DNA from: Mobula birostris
Taxonomy: Eukaryota
Assembly (NCBI RefSeq): GCF_030028105.1
Contig: NC_092380.1
Location: 94,183,530-94,247,529 of the forward strand
Direction of reading: 5' to 3'
Length of the DNA: 64,000 nt
Positions 1-12,824 of this stretch are shown piece after piece. How positions within the stretch are numbered: the first letter of the stretch is position 1; the number at the start of each line of letters is the position of its first letter. The notes under the pieces were generated by a model that saw nothing but the letters and a program-made list of their open reading frames with translations, did not search any database and had not been told where the DNA came from. The translations under genes and the position numbers were made by a program.

Positions 1-1840
1 TGATCATAGAATGATACATCGAGGAAGGAGGTAGATGGGATTGTTCAGGGAGCACCTTTAGACTAAATGGGTTGAACAAACTCTTTCCAAGTTTGTAACA
101 AATTCAAAAAATAAAAGTCTACAAACTGCTGAACCAGACTTATTGATAGTATAACTGATTTTATGTTACATATTACTCTAGATAATGCATCCACCTGAGA
201 ATAATTTGGCTGGAAAGTCTGTGCTTTGACTCAGCAGGTTCTACATAGGAAGATAATGCTATTTTCACGCTAAAGAAACTCTCAGTTTTAAATAATGCAA
301 CAAATATAGACATGACTTTCAATAATATATGGCTAAATCATTTAATTTTATTTGGAAACAGATACTTTTGTGTTCTTAGTATACTAATGGGAATATTTTA
401 AATCTATTGGTTGGAGAAAATTACGAAGTATCACAAATGCTCTTTAAAGGGTAAATATATTGATGTCACTTTATGGTCACATGTTGAACACACTAACAAT
501 GTTCAGTATGTCATTAAATCAAGAGCAGACTGCCAGCTCTTTACATCGCAGACTGGAAGGTTTAATGGAATGGAGGAAACCACAACTACTTGTTGTTAGA
601 AAAGGTGGGCTGCTTGATTGCTATGCGAATCAAAACTCCGATTGAGAAAACATTGCTTGTTGAATCTGGTATTATATCTGACATCTTCATTTTCAAGCAA
701 AGGAAGAGCTCATGATCCTGGTTGTAAGTGTCTAAAAAGGATTTAAGTATGCTTGAAAAGATTGGGCAGTAGATTTATCATTCACAGCTGAAAGAATTTA
801 TTACCAGCCAAGAAGGATTTCATTGTCTCAGCCTCTCCCCACTGCCTGAAGCAGGGAGCGAAGGACCTGTAAACCATTTGTGGAGTGTCCATTACATTCA
901 GTTCGCCAGAAGTGTTCAATGGAAATGTATGAAATAAACAGTGGCAGGCTTGCAAATAAAGCTATGCCTTTTGATAAGGTCTTGGAAAATTGTAGGAATA
1001 AGTTTAACTTGCGTGATTGCAACGTTGTGTCCAAGTGCTTAATAAATCAATAAGCAAATTGAATTTAAGCATTTCATCCTCCAAAGAGTTGATCTGCTTT
1101 CACTAAAATTAATTTTGTACTGCATCAAACTATATTGGACAGCAACAACATCTGTAGTGTTCTACCTGTGATTTTACAACCACCAACCACAATCTGTACA
1201 GGATGGACTGTGGTATCAGCAAATGCTTCATAGCACCAACCAACCTGCTCATCATTTTGCTCCTCCAATCAGTATAATAACATTTTTTCCTGGATGGATA
1301 GGAAAACAAAAACTAAACACAAGGAAGGAAAGACCAAGTAATATTTACTTGCTGTGTATTTTAAATGTCAAGTTGCCATTAAGCAATAAGAACATTGTAA
1401 TTCAATCATGCACAGTACATGCCGTACCACACAAACTAAAGCATTAAATGATTGAAATAATCACTATTTAATGGTGCTTTAGAATAACAGGAAGCTTTGG
1501 GAAACATGCTTGGGGTCACTACTATTGACTTGTTATTATCTTGTGGTAATTCTCACAAACTGCCAAAGATAAAGAAGTGTTATTCATCTTTTAACAGAGT
1601 TGGTACTAACTTGATGACAGTCAAGGAATGCATTGCTTCTTAGTGGGAAAACAAAACAATTCTCCTATTGAAGGCTATCCCTTTTCAAAGCTTCTATTAT
1701 AAATGTTGCCATAATCTGGCTTTCATCTTTAACAATTTCCCTGACTAGCTGCTAAAATATCACTAAAACCCCAGTATAATGGTTAGTAATTTAACGAAGT
1801 TATGATACTTAAACTTAACAGAGCAAGGCACGTACAATAC

Positions 1841-1941
1841 CTAAAGGGCATGCGGATGTTCATTCTTTCTGCATATTTACATATTGTTTCCCAAGGTGCG
1901 TGGAGTTTCACAAACATTATGTCACTATTTGTGATGGATTG
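1841..1941 (-). CDS. ANO3: Anoctamin-3 coding exon (exon 6 equivalent), phase 0-2, 101 bp
   Basis: Acceptor TTTCTGTTTCTTTGTAACCACAG|CAA; donor TTTAG|GTATTG. Encodes [33 protein letters not shown](R), a conserved anoctamin motif. Absent from the ORF track. Confidence 0.95.
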
Positions 1942-2837
1942 CTGTGGTTACAAAGAAACAGAAATAGGAAGTAAGTGGCTTTCAAAATACTTTCACATCA
2001 ATATCAATACAAATTCAGGGAGAGTGTATTACGCGGCTCTACAAATTCAAATCAGTGGTCAAAAGCTTAATATGTAATAAAAGATATTCCTTCATATACA
2101 GGGCATCAAAATTTATAATATCATCCCATACTTAAAATTCAATTAGGTCTTCACCTCATCGTCAAATGTTTCCAAAGGTCATTTTCTTTAGGCAGCAAGA
2201 CTAATGAATCACAGGAACCACACAGCAAATCTAAATTGATTTTGAAGGCACCAACAAATGGCACAGATGGCAAAGTAAGGATACTTGAGGATTTTATTGT
2301 AACATTCACAAATAAACAATAGCTTAAATAGGAATCATCAGGCTGAAGGTTAGAAATCCACATCAGCATGTATAATGGTGCCATTACTTTTTACTGCACT
2401 TTCCAGTTCCAGCAAAGTGACAATGCATCTACAGAAACAAAATTCTCTTTTGCGCTCTTGTGTAAATTTCAAGTATGTTAATTCCACTGATGGACAAGGA
2501 ATCCTCCACAAAAAGGGTAATCACTAGCTTGTTACTCTAAACCTTGCTCAATTCTCTCCATTACCTTATAAATTATCACTGCTGACATTAAACACAAAAT
2601 ACTCTGCAGATGCTGGGGTCAAAGCAACACTGCTGACATTAAGTGCCCACCCAAGTGATCTACAGGATTTCCAGAAAGGAATGTTGCTTGATTCTGTCAT
2701 AGTGCAGGCAAATTCTCTGTCACTTTCATAAAAATAGGGAACAAGAGCACAAGTGGGTCATTTTGTCACAGGCATGTTGGGTCAACGGTTTCTTTCTATG
2801 CTGTATGATGTAATGATACTCAATTAGCATTTTTTCA

Positions 2838-3032
2838 TGTGAGGGAGGGGTTGGGGAGGTTTGGGGTTTGCGAGTTTTTGTTCCTTTTTCTTTTTCTGTG
2901 GGGAGAGGATTGATGTCTTTCTTTCAACTACTTCGATGGTTTTCTGTATTTTCTGGCTGTCTGGAGAAGACAAATCTCAGAGTTGTATTCTGCATTCATA
3001 CTTTGATAATAAAATGAACCTTTGAACCTTTT
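2838..3032 (+). mobile_element. 3' fragment related to the ~800-bp non-coding retroposon family
   Basis: Ends in AATAAAATGAACCTTTGAACCTTT, like the tail at 35711-35736. Confidence 0.5.
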
Positions 3033-3163
3033 TTAAATGATGGATTCAAAGTTACCCTGAACTTGAAGATGACCATGCGTTTGGATGGCAGAATTTTTCT
3101 TAAGTGTAAACCTCCTGTTTAAGATATTCATGAGTTTATTAAGAACTGGATTCTCACCCATGG

Positions 3164-3580
3164 AACACACATAAAAATTGCTGGTGAACACAACAGGCCA
3201 GGCAGCATCTATAGGAAGAGGTACAGTCAACATTTCAAACCGAGACCCTTCATCAGGACTAACTGAAAGAAGAGCTAGTAAGAGATTTGAAAGTGGGAGG
3301 GGGAGATCCGAAATGATAGGAGAAGACAGGAGAGGGAGGGATGGAGCCAAGAGTTGGACAGTTGATTGACAAAAGGGATACGAGAGGATCATGAGACAGG
3401 AGGCTTAGGGAGAAAGACAAGGGGAAGGGGAAGCCCAAAGGATGGGCAAAGGGTATAGTGAGAGGGACAGAGGGAAAAAAAGGAGAGAGTGAAAAAGAAA
3501 GTGTGTATATAAATAAATAAATAACGGGTGGGGTACGAGGGGGAGGTGGGGCATTAGCGGAAGTTTGAGAAGTCAATGCA
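3164..3580 (-). mobile_element. Penelope-like element 3' end / pseudo-LTR
   Basis: Highly similar to 63032-63453; decayed hammerhead at 3225-3260 (CTGATGA...GAAAT). Confidence 0.8.
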
Positions 3581-4949
3581 CCCATGGATGTATTTTGGAG
3601 TCGGCATATGTATTTTGCCATTACTCAGTTAGCTAACCACCTATTCCATTCCGTGTTCACTTCCTCACTATAACCTCCAGTGTAATTAAACAGAAGTGAG
3701 AGGCGATGGTCAGTGGTCAATGCTGGTATTGATGCCTCTTATTCTGGATCTCAGTGCCACAGGAAGTTTAATGATGAAACTCAATCATCAAGGTCATTAG
3801 AATCAGCCATATATTTCCATCCACTATCACTCCTATGGGAAGCACACACTGTTGCACAGTACATCTTACACCTCATATATTCACCCACAGTAGTACTCCA
3901 CACTACGGGAGCATCTGAACTGAATGAAAGAAAACACTTCTGGTGGGGCAGTAGAAAGGAAGAACCACACTATTGGAAGGGCTGTGCTGCAGAAATGCCG
4001 AACGGTCAGAGGAGTAGTGTGGAGAGAACACTGCATCATCAGAGTCATTATTGTGAGAGTGCTGCACTATTAGAGAGCAGTGTTGAAGGAGCAACTCAAC
4101 TGGTCAATATTAAGAAAGGATTGAACTGGGAGATGGGAAGTGCTGATGGAGAAACCTGAAATATTGGAACACAGAATACAGAACTGTACAACACATGAAT
4201 AGGCCATTTTGGCCCAGCATGCTGAGCAAAACCAATCAAATTAATGATGAAATTGACAACTAAACCAATACTTCCTGCCTACACGATCTCCATACCTTTA
4301 TATGCTCCAATGCCCAAAGTCCATACTAAATCTGATTCTTTCTCCACAAATACTGCTTGACTATCTAATCATTTCCCATATTCTCTCTTTTTACTTCAGA
4401 GATGTTTGCAAAATAAGGAGGTTCCTATGGAATTTACATTCTCCAAAATACAGCTGCTGCAGACCTTGGAATAAGTCAGTTATCTTCTAATCCATCACAA
4501 TCTTCAAAATACACGTCCTGGAGGGGAAATGGGCAATAACAATACCATTGTTTCCCTCAGAACTGGTGAGTCTCTCTCTACTTGGGGATGGTTATTTCTA
4601 CATGAGTAGGCCTGGAACAAATCAGCCATGATCATACTAAGGAGTGATATATTCCTGCTTCTATTTTTTTTATGTTATGCATGCAACTTGTTATTTGTGC
4701 ATGAATGACATGGTTGGAGATTCATTACATCCAACTGATTTTGATCTTTGCTATGACTGGTGAAAATTTTGATATTTTTACCAGCTACAACAAAAGATTT
4801 TATTCCAGAATCTGCCCAGATAATCATTCTTGATGGAATGAACCTTTCACTTTCCAAAGGCAGTAGAGATCAACTGGGAGAGAAAAGTAAAGTAGTCCAT
4901 GTTGAACTGTTCTTCAGCCTAGTCCATCAACTTGCAACTGGACCATAGT

Positions 4950-5190
4950 ACTGCATACCCCTCCAATCCATGAGCGTATCCAAATTTCTCTTAAATATTG
5001 CGATCAAATCCACATCTACCACTTCTGCTCTCAACTTGTTCCACATTTGCATCACACTCAGAGTGAATATTAAATATTTCATCCTTAAATATTTCACCTT
5101 TCACCCCTAGCCTATGACCTCTTGTTCTAGTTTCACCCAACCTCAATGGAAAAAGCCTATTTGCATTTATTCTATCTATACGTCTCATCA
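4950..5190 (-). mobile_element. CR1-like LINE 3' ORF2 fragment
   Basis: ORF ...LFPLRLGETRTRGHRL..., the CR1 C-terminal TRGH motif. Confidence 0.7.
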
Positions 5191-5562
5191 ATTTGAAAAT
5201 AGAACTTATTACTAAGTCAGTGGAGCTTTACAATAATTAAAATGCCAGAAATAAATAAAAAAAATGTAAAAACATAAATTCCATGAATAATGCAGATCCA
5301 TTTGGTCCAGTTTCAAACTTCTGGCTGCAGGTCCAGTTTGGGTAGATGATTTCTTATAGAAATCAAATTATTTTGTAGCACAACACGATGCACTTTTATT
5401 ACAATTTTCATTCCTCTTTCTCCTCTTTCCAATTGCATTACTTCCTGCTGCTGCTTCATCCAAGTGTGAGATCACAAATCCAGGATAAAGCATCCTGCCA
5501 GACCACTCTTCATAGTAACCAAACCTAATCCCTCTGTGCGTTTTGCATGTATAGATGATTGC

Positions 5563-5576
5563 GCACACGCACGCGT

Positions 5577-5612
<36 letters not shown>
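5563..5612 (+). repeat. (CA)n microsatellite
   Basis: Direct CA run preceded by CG/CA mixed units. Confidence 0.95.
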
Positions 5613-5615
<3 letters not shown>

Positions 5616-5629
5616 GTAGAAGTGTCATT

Positions 5630-6035
5630 CTGGTGAATAGAGTTGGATTTAGGGTCCAGAGGAAGTTCTCAAGAATGACCCTGGGAATGAAAGGGTTAAC
5701 ATATAAGGAGCGTTTGTTTGCCCTGGGTCTGTATTTATTGCAGTTTTGAAGAATTGGGGGGGGGGGGGGGGGAGGAAGAATCTCATCAAATACTGAATGG
5801 CCTACACAGAGTGGATGTTTCCTATAGTTGGTAGTCAAGGACCAAATGGCACAGCCTCAGAGTAGAAGCACATTCCTTTAGAAAAGAGATGAGGAAGAAT
5901 TTCTTTAGCCAGGGAGTGGTGAACCTGTGGAATTCATTGCCATAGGGTGCTGTGGAGGCGAAGTTATTCAGTCTATTTAATGCAGAGGTTGATAAGTTCT
6001 TGATTAGTAAGGGCACCAAAGGATAGAGCGAGAGA
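5630..6035 (+). mobile_element. CR1-like LINE 3' fragment (contains a poly-G run at ~5756-5772)
   Basis: RVQRKFSRM..GMKGLTYKERL..LGLY motif; FFSQGVVNLWNSLP. Confidence 0.8.
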
Positions 6036-6299
6036 TTGCGGAGGGAGTTGGAGACTGTTGCTTGTGGAGTTGAAGACTGTTGCTTGTGGAGTTGATGCAC
6101 CAGTTTTAAAGGGTGATCAGGCCCTGTCGGGGATTGTCTGCAGAGCCGGAGACCATGGAATGACAAGGAGCCAGCCCGTGTGGAGTTTACATGCCAATTT
6201 TAAAGAACGAGTAAGGCCTGTTGGGACTTGTCGAAAGAGTGGTAATTTTGTTGCATTATCAGGGGCCAGAAAAAGAAGTTAAGACTTAAGGGAAGCAAT

Positions 6300-7565
6300 C
6301 ATCGTGGAAGCGGCTATTGTTGGAATGGGCCAGGGTTAGAGTGGGAGGCTTTGGCTCAATAGTCTTTGGTGAGAGTCATATGGAATCATTTATTCGACTG
6401 CAGAGCTTAAGCTTGAGATGTTAAAGCCAAAGGTATAAAAACTGCAGACAGTATGGTAGTGAGGGCAATGGAATACTACTCCTGTAAGATGTGGGATTGC
6501 AGTGTACTTAATGTTCTCCCTGATGACTACATCAGTGGGATGTGCACCCAACTTTAGCTCCTGGCCTGCAAAGTCAAGGATCCGAAGCTTGGGCTGAAGT
6601 TACTTTGGGCCATCCAGAAGGCTGATAACCTTCATAGATGATACTTTTACTGAGGTGGTTACTTCTAGAGAAGAAGTTTCAAACAGTAGATGGGTGACTA
6701 CTGAAAGAAGTAAGGGGAGAAAGCAGTCAGCACATGGTTTCCCTGATACCTCTTTGGATACTGATGGCAGAGATGACCTGTCAGAGCACAACAGCAGCAG
6801 TTGCACTATGGTTGGGTCTGAGGCACAGCAGTGAAGGGCTGAGCGATAAAGGAGACTCAATCGTGAGGTAGATAGCCAGGACATTCTGTGGCCACAAAAG
6901 AAACGTCAGGATGATGTGTTGCCTTCCAGGTCCTAGGGTCCAGGATGTCTCAGAGTGGCTGCAGAAAATTCTCAAGAGGGACGGTGAGCAGCCAGAGTTC
7001 ATGGTGCACATAGGAACCAAGAAAGGGGGGAGAGGTTCTGCACAATGAGTACACAAATTTAGAGAAGAAGCTCCAAGGTAGGAATCTCTGGATTACTTAG
7101 CAGGGCATTTGATAAGGTACTACATGCAAGGCGTATTGAGAAAGTAAGGGGACATGGGATCCAAGGGGACTTTGCTTTGTTGATGCAGAACTGGCTTGCC
7201 CACAGAAGGCAAAGAGTGGTTGTAGATGGCTCATATTCTGTGTGGAGATTGGTTACCAGTGGTGTGCCTCAGGGATCTGTTCTGGGACCCCTATCTTTGT
7301 GATTTTTATAAATGACCTGGATGAGGAAGTGAAGGGATGGGTTAGTAAATTTGCTGATGACACAAAGGTTGGGGGTGTTGTGGATAGTGTGGAGGGCTGT
7401 CAGAGGCTACAGCGGGACATTGGTAGGATGCAAAACTGTGCTGAGAAGTAGCAGATGAAGTTCAACCCAGGTAAGTGTGGGGTCGTTCTTTTTGGTAGGT
7501 CAAGTGTTATGGCAGAATATAATATTAATGGTAAGACTCTTGGCAGTGTGGAGGATCAGAAGGAT
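6300..7565 (+). mobile_element. Decayed CR1-like LINE pieces (ORF1 zinc-finger/esterase region then RT)
   Basis: CCLPG.RVQDVSE.LQ.IL (SGNH-esterase-like ORF1); FVIFINDLDEEVKGWVSKFADDTKVGG (RT). Confidence 0.8.
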
Positions 7566-9915
7566 CTTGCTTCCTCAGCACTACCTACCTCTCCACCCAT
7601 CTTCATATCATCTCCAAACTTTGCCATAAAGCAATCAATTCCATTATCCAAATCAATGAGAAACAATGTAAAAAGTAGTGGTCCCAATACTGACCCCTGA
7701 GGAACACCACTAAACACTATCAGCAAACAAGAAAAGGCACCCTTTATTCCCACTCACGGCCTCCTGCCTGTCAGCTATTCCTCTATCCATGCCAGTATCT
7801 TTCCTGTAACACCACAGGATTTTATCTTGTTAAGCAGCCTCACATGTGGCACCTTATCAAGTGCCTTCTGAAAATCCAAGTAAATTCTACTTACTACCTC
7901 TCCTTTGTCCACCCTGCTTGTTACTTCCTCAAAGAACTCTAACAGATTTGTCAGACAAGATCTCCCTTTACAGAAACCATGCTGACAATTGACCTATTTT
8001 ATCATTAGCCTCCGAGTACCCCAAAACCTCATCCTTAATAATGGACTCCAACACTTTCCTAACCACTGAGGTTAAGCTAATTGGTCTATAATTTCCTTTC
8101 TTTTGCCTTCCTCCCTTCTTAAAGAGTGGAGTGACATTTGCAATCCTCCAGTCGTCCAGGATAGTGCCAGAATCAAGTGATTCTTTGAAAGATCATGACC
8201 AATGCATCCATTATCTCTTCAGCGACCTCTTTCAGCACTATTGGCTCGTCTGCCCTCATATTTCATCTTTTCCCTTCTTATAGTTTTTTTGGTTGCCTTT
8301 TGTTGGATTTTAAAAGCTTTCCTACCACCAACATCCCACTCACTTTTGCTACCTTATATCCCCTTTCTTTGGCATTTATGCAGTTCCTAACTTCCATTGT
8401 CAGCCACAGTTGCCTCGTCATCATCGTCAGGTTGCATCTGGAGTTTCCAGTTGGCGGACGATTTCCCTCCACGCCACTCTGTCCCGACACTTGTCCACAG
8501 CATCCCTAATCATGTCCAGCTTGGTCCAATCCTTGATGTTATCCAGCCACGCTGTTCTTTGCCTTCCTCTTCCTTTCTTTCCCTCCACCTTTCCATATAG
8601 CAGGTCCAACAAGATGTTATCTCTCCGTGTAACGTGTCCACAATAAGCAACTTTTAACTTCATAATCTTCTCCAGCAATATTCATGGTCTATCAACTTCA
8701 GACTAGCTGCCTACTCCTGCTATTTGTGAACAACTTCTTCTGTGGGACATTATCTATCCTGCACCTTGTGAACTTTTCCCAGAAACTTCAGCCATCTCTG
8801 CTCTGCCGTCATCCCCGCCAATATCCTCCTCCAATCCACCTGTGCAAGCTCCTCTCTCATGCCTCTGTAACTCCCTTTATTCCATGGTGATACTGATACA
8901 TGCGACTTGTGCTTCCCCCTCTCAAACTGCAGTATGAATTCAATCATATTATAATCACTGCCTTCTAAGGGTTCCTTTACATTAAAATCCATAATAAGAT
9001 CTGGGTTATCACACAACACCCAATCTAAGATAGCCTTTCTCCGAGTACGCTCAGGCACAAACTGCTGTAAAAAGCCATCTGATAGGCATTCACCAAACTC
9101 CCTCTCTTGTGATCAGACACCAATCTGATTTTCCCAATCCCCTTGCATATTGAAGTTCCCCATTACAATTAAGCCATTACCCTTATTACATACATTTTCC
9201 AGCTCCCTTTGCAATTTCAAACTCTCAGCTTGGGTACTATTTGGAGGGCTGTATATGATTCCCATAATGTCTTTTTTTTTTACCCTTGCAATTTCTTAAT
9301 TCCACCTACAAAGATTCAACATTCTCTGACCTTATATCACCTCTTTCTAAAGATGTAATTCCATCTCTTACCAACAGAGCCACACCATCGCCTATGCCTT
9401 CCTCCCTGTTCCTTTGATGTTCAACTCCCAACTATGACATTCTTTCATCTATGACTCAGTGATGCTCACAACATCATATCAACCAATCTGTAATTGTGCC
9501 ACGAGTTTGTCTACTTTATTCTGAATGCTATGCATATTTAAATACAGCACCTTCAGTCCTGCATTCTTCACCTTTTGCATTTTGCCTCTGTGGTACAATT
9601 TAACTCCTTGCGCTGTCTGCATTTGTACCCAATCATTGGCTTGTCCTTCCTTATATTCATGTTACTTCCATCATCTAATTGTAAACCTGCTGGCTCACCC
9701 CCAGCTCTGTCATACTGGTTCCCATCACCCTGCCATATTAGTTTAAAACACTCCTAACAGACCTAGTAAACTTGCCTGCAAGAATATTGGTCCCCCTCAG
9801 ATTCAAATGCAACCCGTCCCCTTTGTACAGGTCACACCTGCCCCAGAAGAGGTCCCAATTTTCCAGAAATCTGAATCCCTGCCCCCTACCCCAATTCTTC
9901 AGCCACACATTTATC
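7566..9915 (-). mobile_element. CR1-like LINE (ORF1 end, endonuclease and RT remnants), interrupted by an RTE
   Basis: [13 protein letters not shown]...KFGDDMK; AILDWVLCD..EPL..SDYNMI; LYKGDGLHLN.RGT. Confidence 0.85.
8417..8703 (-). mobile_element. RTE-clade (BovB-like) LINE 3' end
   Basis: Open ORF GHVTRR..GKVEGKKGRGRQRTAWLDNIKDW..DRVAWR; (GAT)n-like tail; imperfect duplication AGTTGCCT/AGCTGCCT. Confidence 0.85.
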
Positions 9916-11125
9916 TGCCGAACGACGACCACAATTCCTTAAGTTTTAAGATAGCTATATATCAGGATAAAAATGGACCTTATGGGGAGTACTAAATTGG
10001 GCAATACAAATTAGGCAGGAACTCGGGAGAGTTAATTTGGGATAGCTGTTTTAATTTTGGAACAGCTAATTTGGAACAGCATGTCATCACCCAACATGTA
10101 GAAGGTGTTTAAAGACTAACTGCAAAAAGTACAGGGCAGGTATGTTCTAGTCAGAAGAAATGACAAGGATCGTTAGTTAAGAGTACCCTGGATATTGAGA
10201 GAGGTGTTAAGTTTAGTCAAGAAGGGAAAAGTATGTAAAGCTTAGGAAGCTAGAGTCAAACAGAGTCCTTGAAGATCGTAAAAAAGCCAGGAAGGAACTG
10301 GTGAAGGGAATTAGGAAAGCCAGAAGAGGCCATGAAAACTCCTTGGCAATTAGGATTAAGGAGAATCACAAGGCATTCAATACACACATCAAAAGTCAAG
10401 AGCAAGGCAATAACTAAGGAGAGGGAACAACCAGTCAATGATAAAGTTGGAAGCATTTGCTTGGTTTTATTAGGGAGAGCCAGCATGGCTTTGTGTGGGG
10501 CAAATTGTGATTCAGTTTTCTGACGAAGTGACAAGGGTGATTGATGAAGGGAGAATTGTGGATGCTGTCCACGGATCTTAGTAAGGTCTTTCACAAGGTC
10601 CCTCATGGGAGGCTCATCCAGAAAATTAAGATGCATGGGATCCATGGTGAATTAGCCATTTGGATTCAGAACTGGCTTGCCCATAGAAAACATATGGTAG
10701 TGGTCAATGGGACTCATTCTAGCTGGGGGTCTGTGATTGGTGGTGTTCTACAGGAATTTGTACTGGGACCTCTGCTGTTTGTGATGTATATAAATGACCT
10801 GGCTGAAAATAGGTTTGCAGTTGTTCAGATGATACAAAGGTTGGTGGTGTTGTGGATAGTGTAGAAGATTAGCAAACTGTATATAGATCATTTGCAAATA
10901 CGGGAGGAAAAATAGAAGGTGGAGTTTAACCTGGCCAAATGTGAAGTTTTGCACCTTGATAGATCAAATGTAAAACGACAGTACACTTAACAGTGTTGAT
11001 GAGCAAAGGGATCTTGGGGTCAAAGTTCATAGCTCTTTGAAAGTGGTTATGCAGTTTATATGGTGGTTAAGGCAGCAAATGGCATGCTTCCCTTAATTAG
11101 TTGAGGCATTGAATCCAAAAGTCAG

Positions 11126-11900
11126 AAAACCATTTGAGGGGGGGGAGGAAGAGCACCCCAGTCAGACGGACATAATGGCATCAGACCCAGGCAATGAACA
11201 AACGACAATGAGGAAGCAGTATGCATGTGGCAAAGTCTGCAAGAACGATCGCGGCTTGAAGATCCACCAAGCGAGGATGAAGTGTTTGGCGGGAGCAGGA
11301 GCAGCACAACGCGCAGGTGTCCAACCTGGTGAGACAGAGGAGGTGCCAGGCCCGGAGTCAACCCATAGTGCCTGGAACCTCCAACTGTTGCAAACTAATC
11401 CCTCGAACATCAAGTCTAACAGGAGGTGGATCTAATGGCCTGCAGCTAACATGACTTCATTGTGGAAGCAGCTTGATGAAGATGTTAACCAAATTCTGGA
11501 GGCAATGGCGAAGGGAGGGGTTGATAGGAAACTGCAAGCCATGACAACAATCATTGCCAGCTTCGCAGTTGAATGGTTCTCCCAGTGGCGGTTGGTTGTA
11601 GGGGATTCGCAGCCTGTTCCTTAGTTAGAGCCTTCAGCAATTTGGGCATCGAGGGAGAGAGGAAGAGGAGAGCCATCCGCAGTACCACCGATGCGGCAGA
11701 GAGGGCCTCAAGATGGCTGTGGCTCAAAAGAGGGGAGCCATGGAGTCATAAGTAGCTAGCCATCTGGACACAAGCTGGGGTCTGATCAGCCCTGGCTGGG
11801 TCACCTGGAGAAGGCTGTATGATGTTGAAAGACCCGAAACACCCGATGATTCCAGGAACATCACTGAAGATGTGTCCAGAAGCATCAGTCGAGGTATGTA
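11126..11900 (+). mobile_element. Internally deleted HERO-like (REL-endonuclease) non-LTR retrotransposon
   Basis: N-terminal zinc-finger CGKVCKNDRGLKIHQARMKC joined near 11579 directly to C-terminal PV.VGCRGF...AAERASRWLWLKR and the 3' UTR; no RT. Confidence 0.8.
11813..11876 (+). ncRNA. Candidate non-circularly permuted hammerhead ribozyme in HERO-like 3' UTR (subfamily 1)
   Basis: GGCTGT-A-TGATGTT ... GACCC-GAA-ACACCC ... AACATCA-CTGAAGA-TGTGTC. All core residues are present, stem I is 7/7 bp, stem III 5/6 bp, stem II irregular. Confidence 0.7.
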
Positions 11901-12824
11901 CCCAGCAACTTTATAAAGCACGAGTTAGGCTGCATCTGGAGTATTGCATACAGTTCTAGCCACCCCATTATAGGAAGCATGACAAGCCTTTGGAGAGGGT
12001 GTAGAAGAGGTTTACAAGGATTTTGCCTGGATTGGAATGAATGTGCTCGAACAAGAGGTTGGACAAACTTAGGTTGTTTTTTCTGGAGTGGCAGAGGCTG
12101 AGGTGAGATCTGATAGATATCTATAAGATTATGAGAGGCAGAGATAGGCAGTATCTTTTTCCCAGGGTTGAAATGTCTAATACCAGAGGGCATTCATTTA
12201 AGATGAGAGGAGGTAATGCCAAAAGAGATGTGAGGGACAAGTTTTTTTTCTGACACAGAGCGGTGAATGCCTGGAATGTGCTGCCTGAGATGGTGGTAGA
12301 TACATTAGCAAACTTTTAAGAGACAATTAGATAGACATATGAATGGAAAACAGAAGAACATTGTGTAGGCAGAAGGGATTAGTTTACTGAGCCATTTAGT
12401 TGGTTCAGCACAACACTGAAAGCTAGAGGGCCTGTTCCTGCGCTTACTGTTCTATGTTCTATATTATGGGGAGAAGACAGGAAAAAGGGTTGAGAGGGAT
12501 AATAAATCAACCATGATGGGATGCTGGAGTAGACTCTATGGGCCTAAAAGACTAACCTGGCTCCTATTTATTATGATTTTATGATATGTATCCTACCCAT
12601 CCTTTGAACCCTAATTTGTAATACTCCTGCTGTTCAGATAACAATTAGCTAATGTTTCATAGATCATCGAGTAAAAACAGGGCCTTCTTGATCTACTTGG
12701 CTCACTTAGTAGGTGCTTCAACCGCATGATCAATCCAAAGAGCTAATTCTAACTAGAAACTTCTGAAGACATCATAACCTTTGACATTAAACATGTATAT
12801 AAATAATCAAACTTTTGTTCTGAC

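Larger units (their letters stand above)
9960..12465 (+). mobile_element. Decayed CR1-like LINE, split by a HERO derivative
   Basis: DLSKVFHKVPHGRLIQK..WIQNWL..VLGPLLF..YINDL; 3' tail GTTCTATGTTCTAT. Confidence 0.85.

Noticed and set aside
3713-4159. 148-aa ORF on the plus strand
   Set aside because: Non-ATG start, no recognisable domain, no splice support, and antisense within an intron.
6052-6095. Perfect 22-bp tandem duplication
   Set aside because: Simple slippage duplicate within repeat-derived sequence; no functional evidence.
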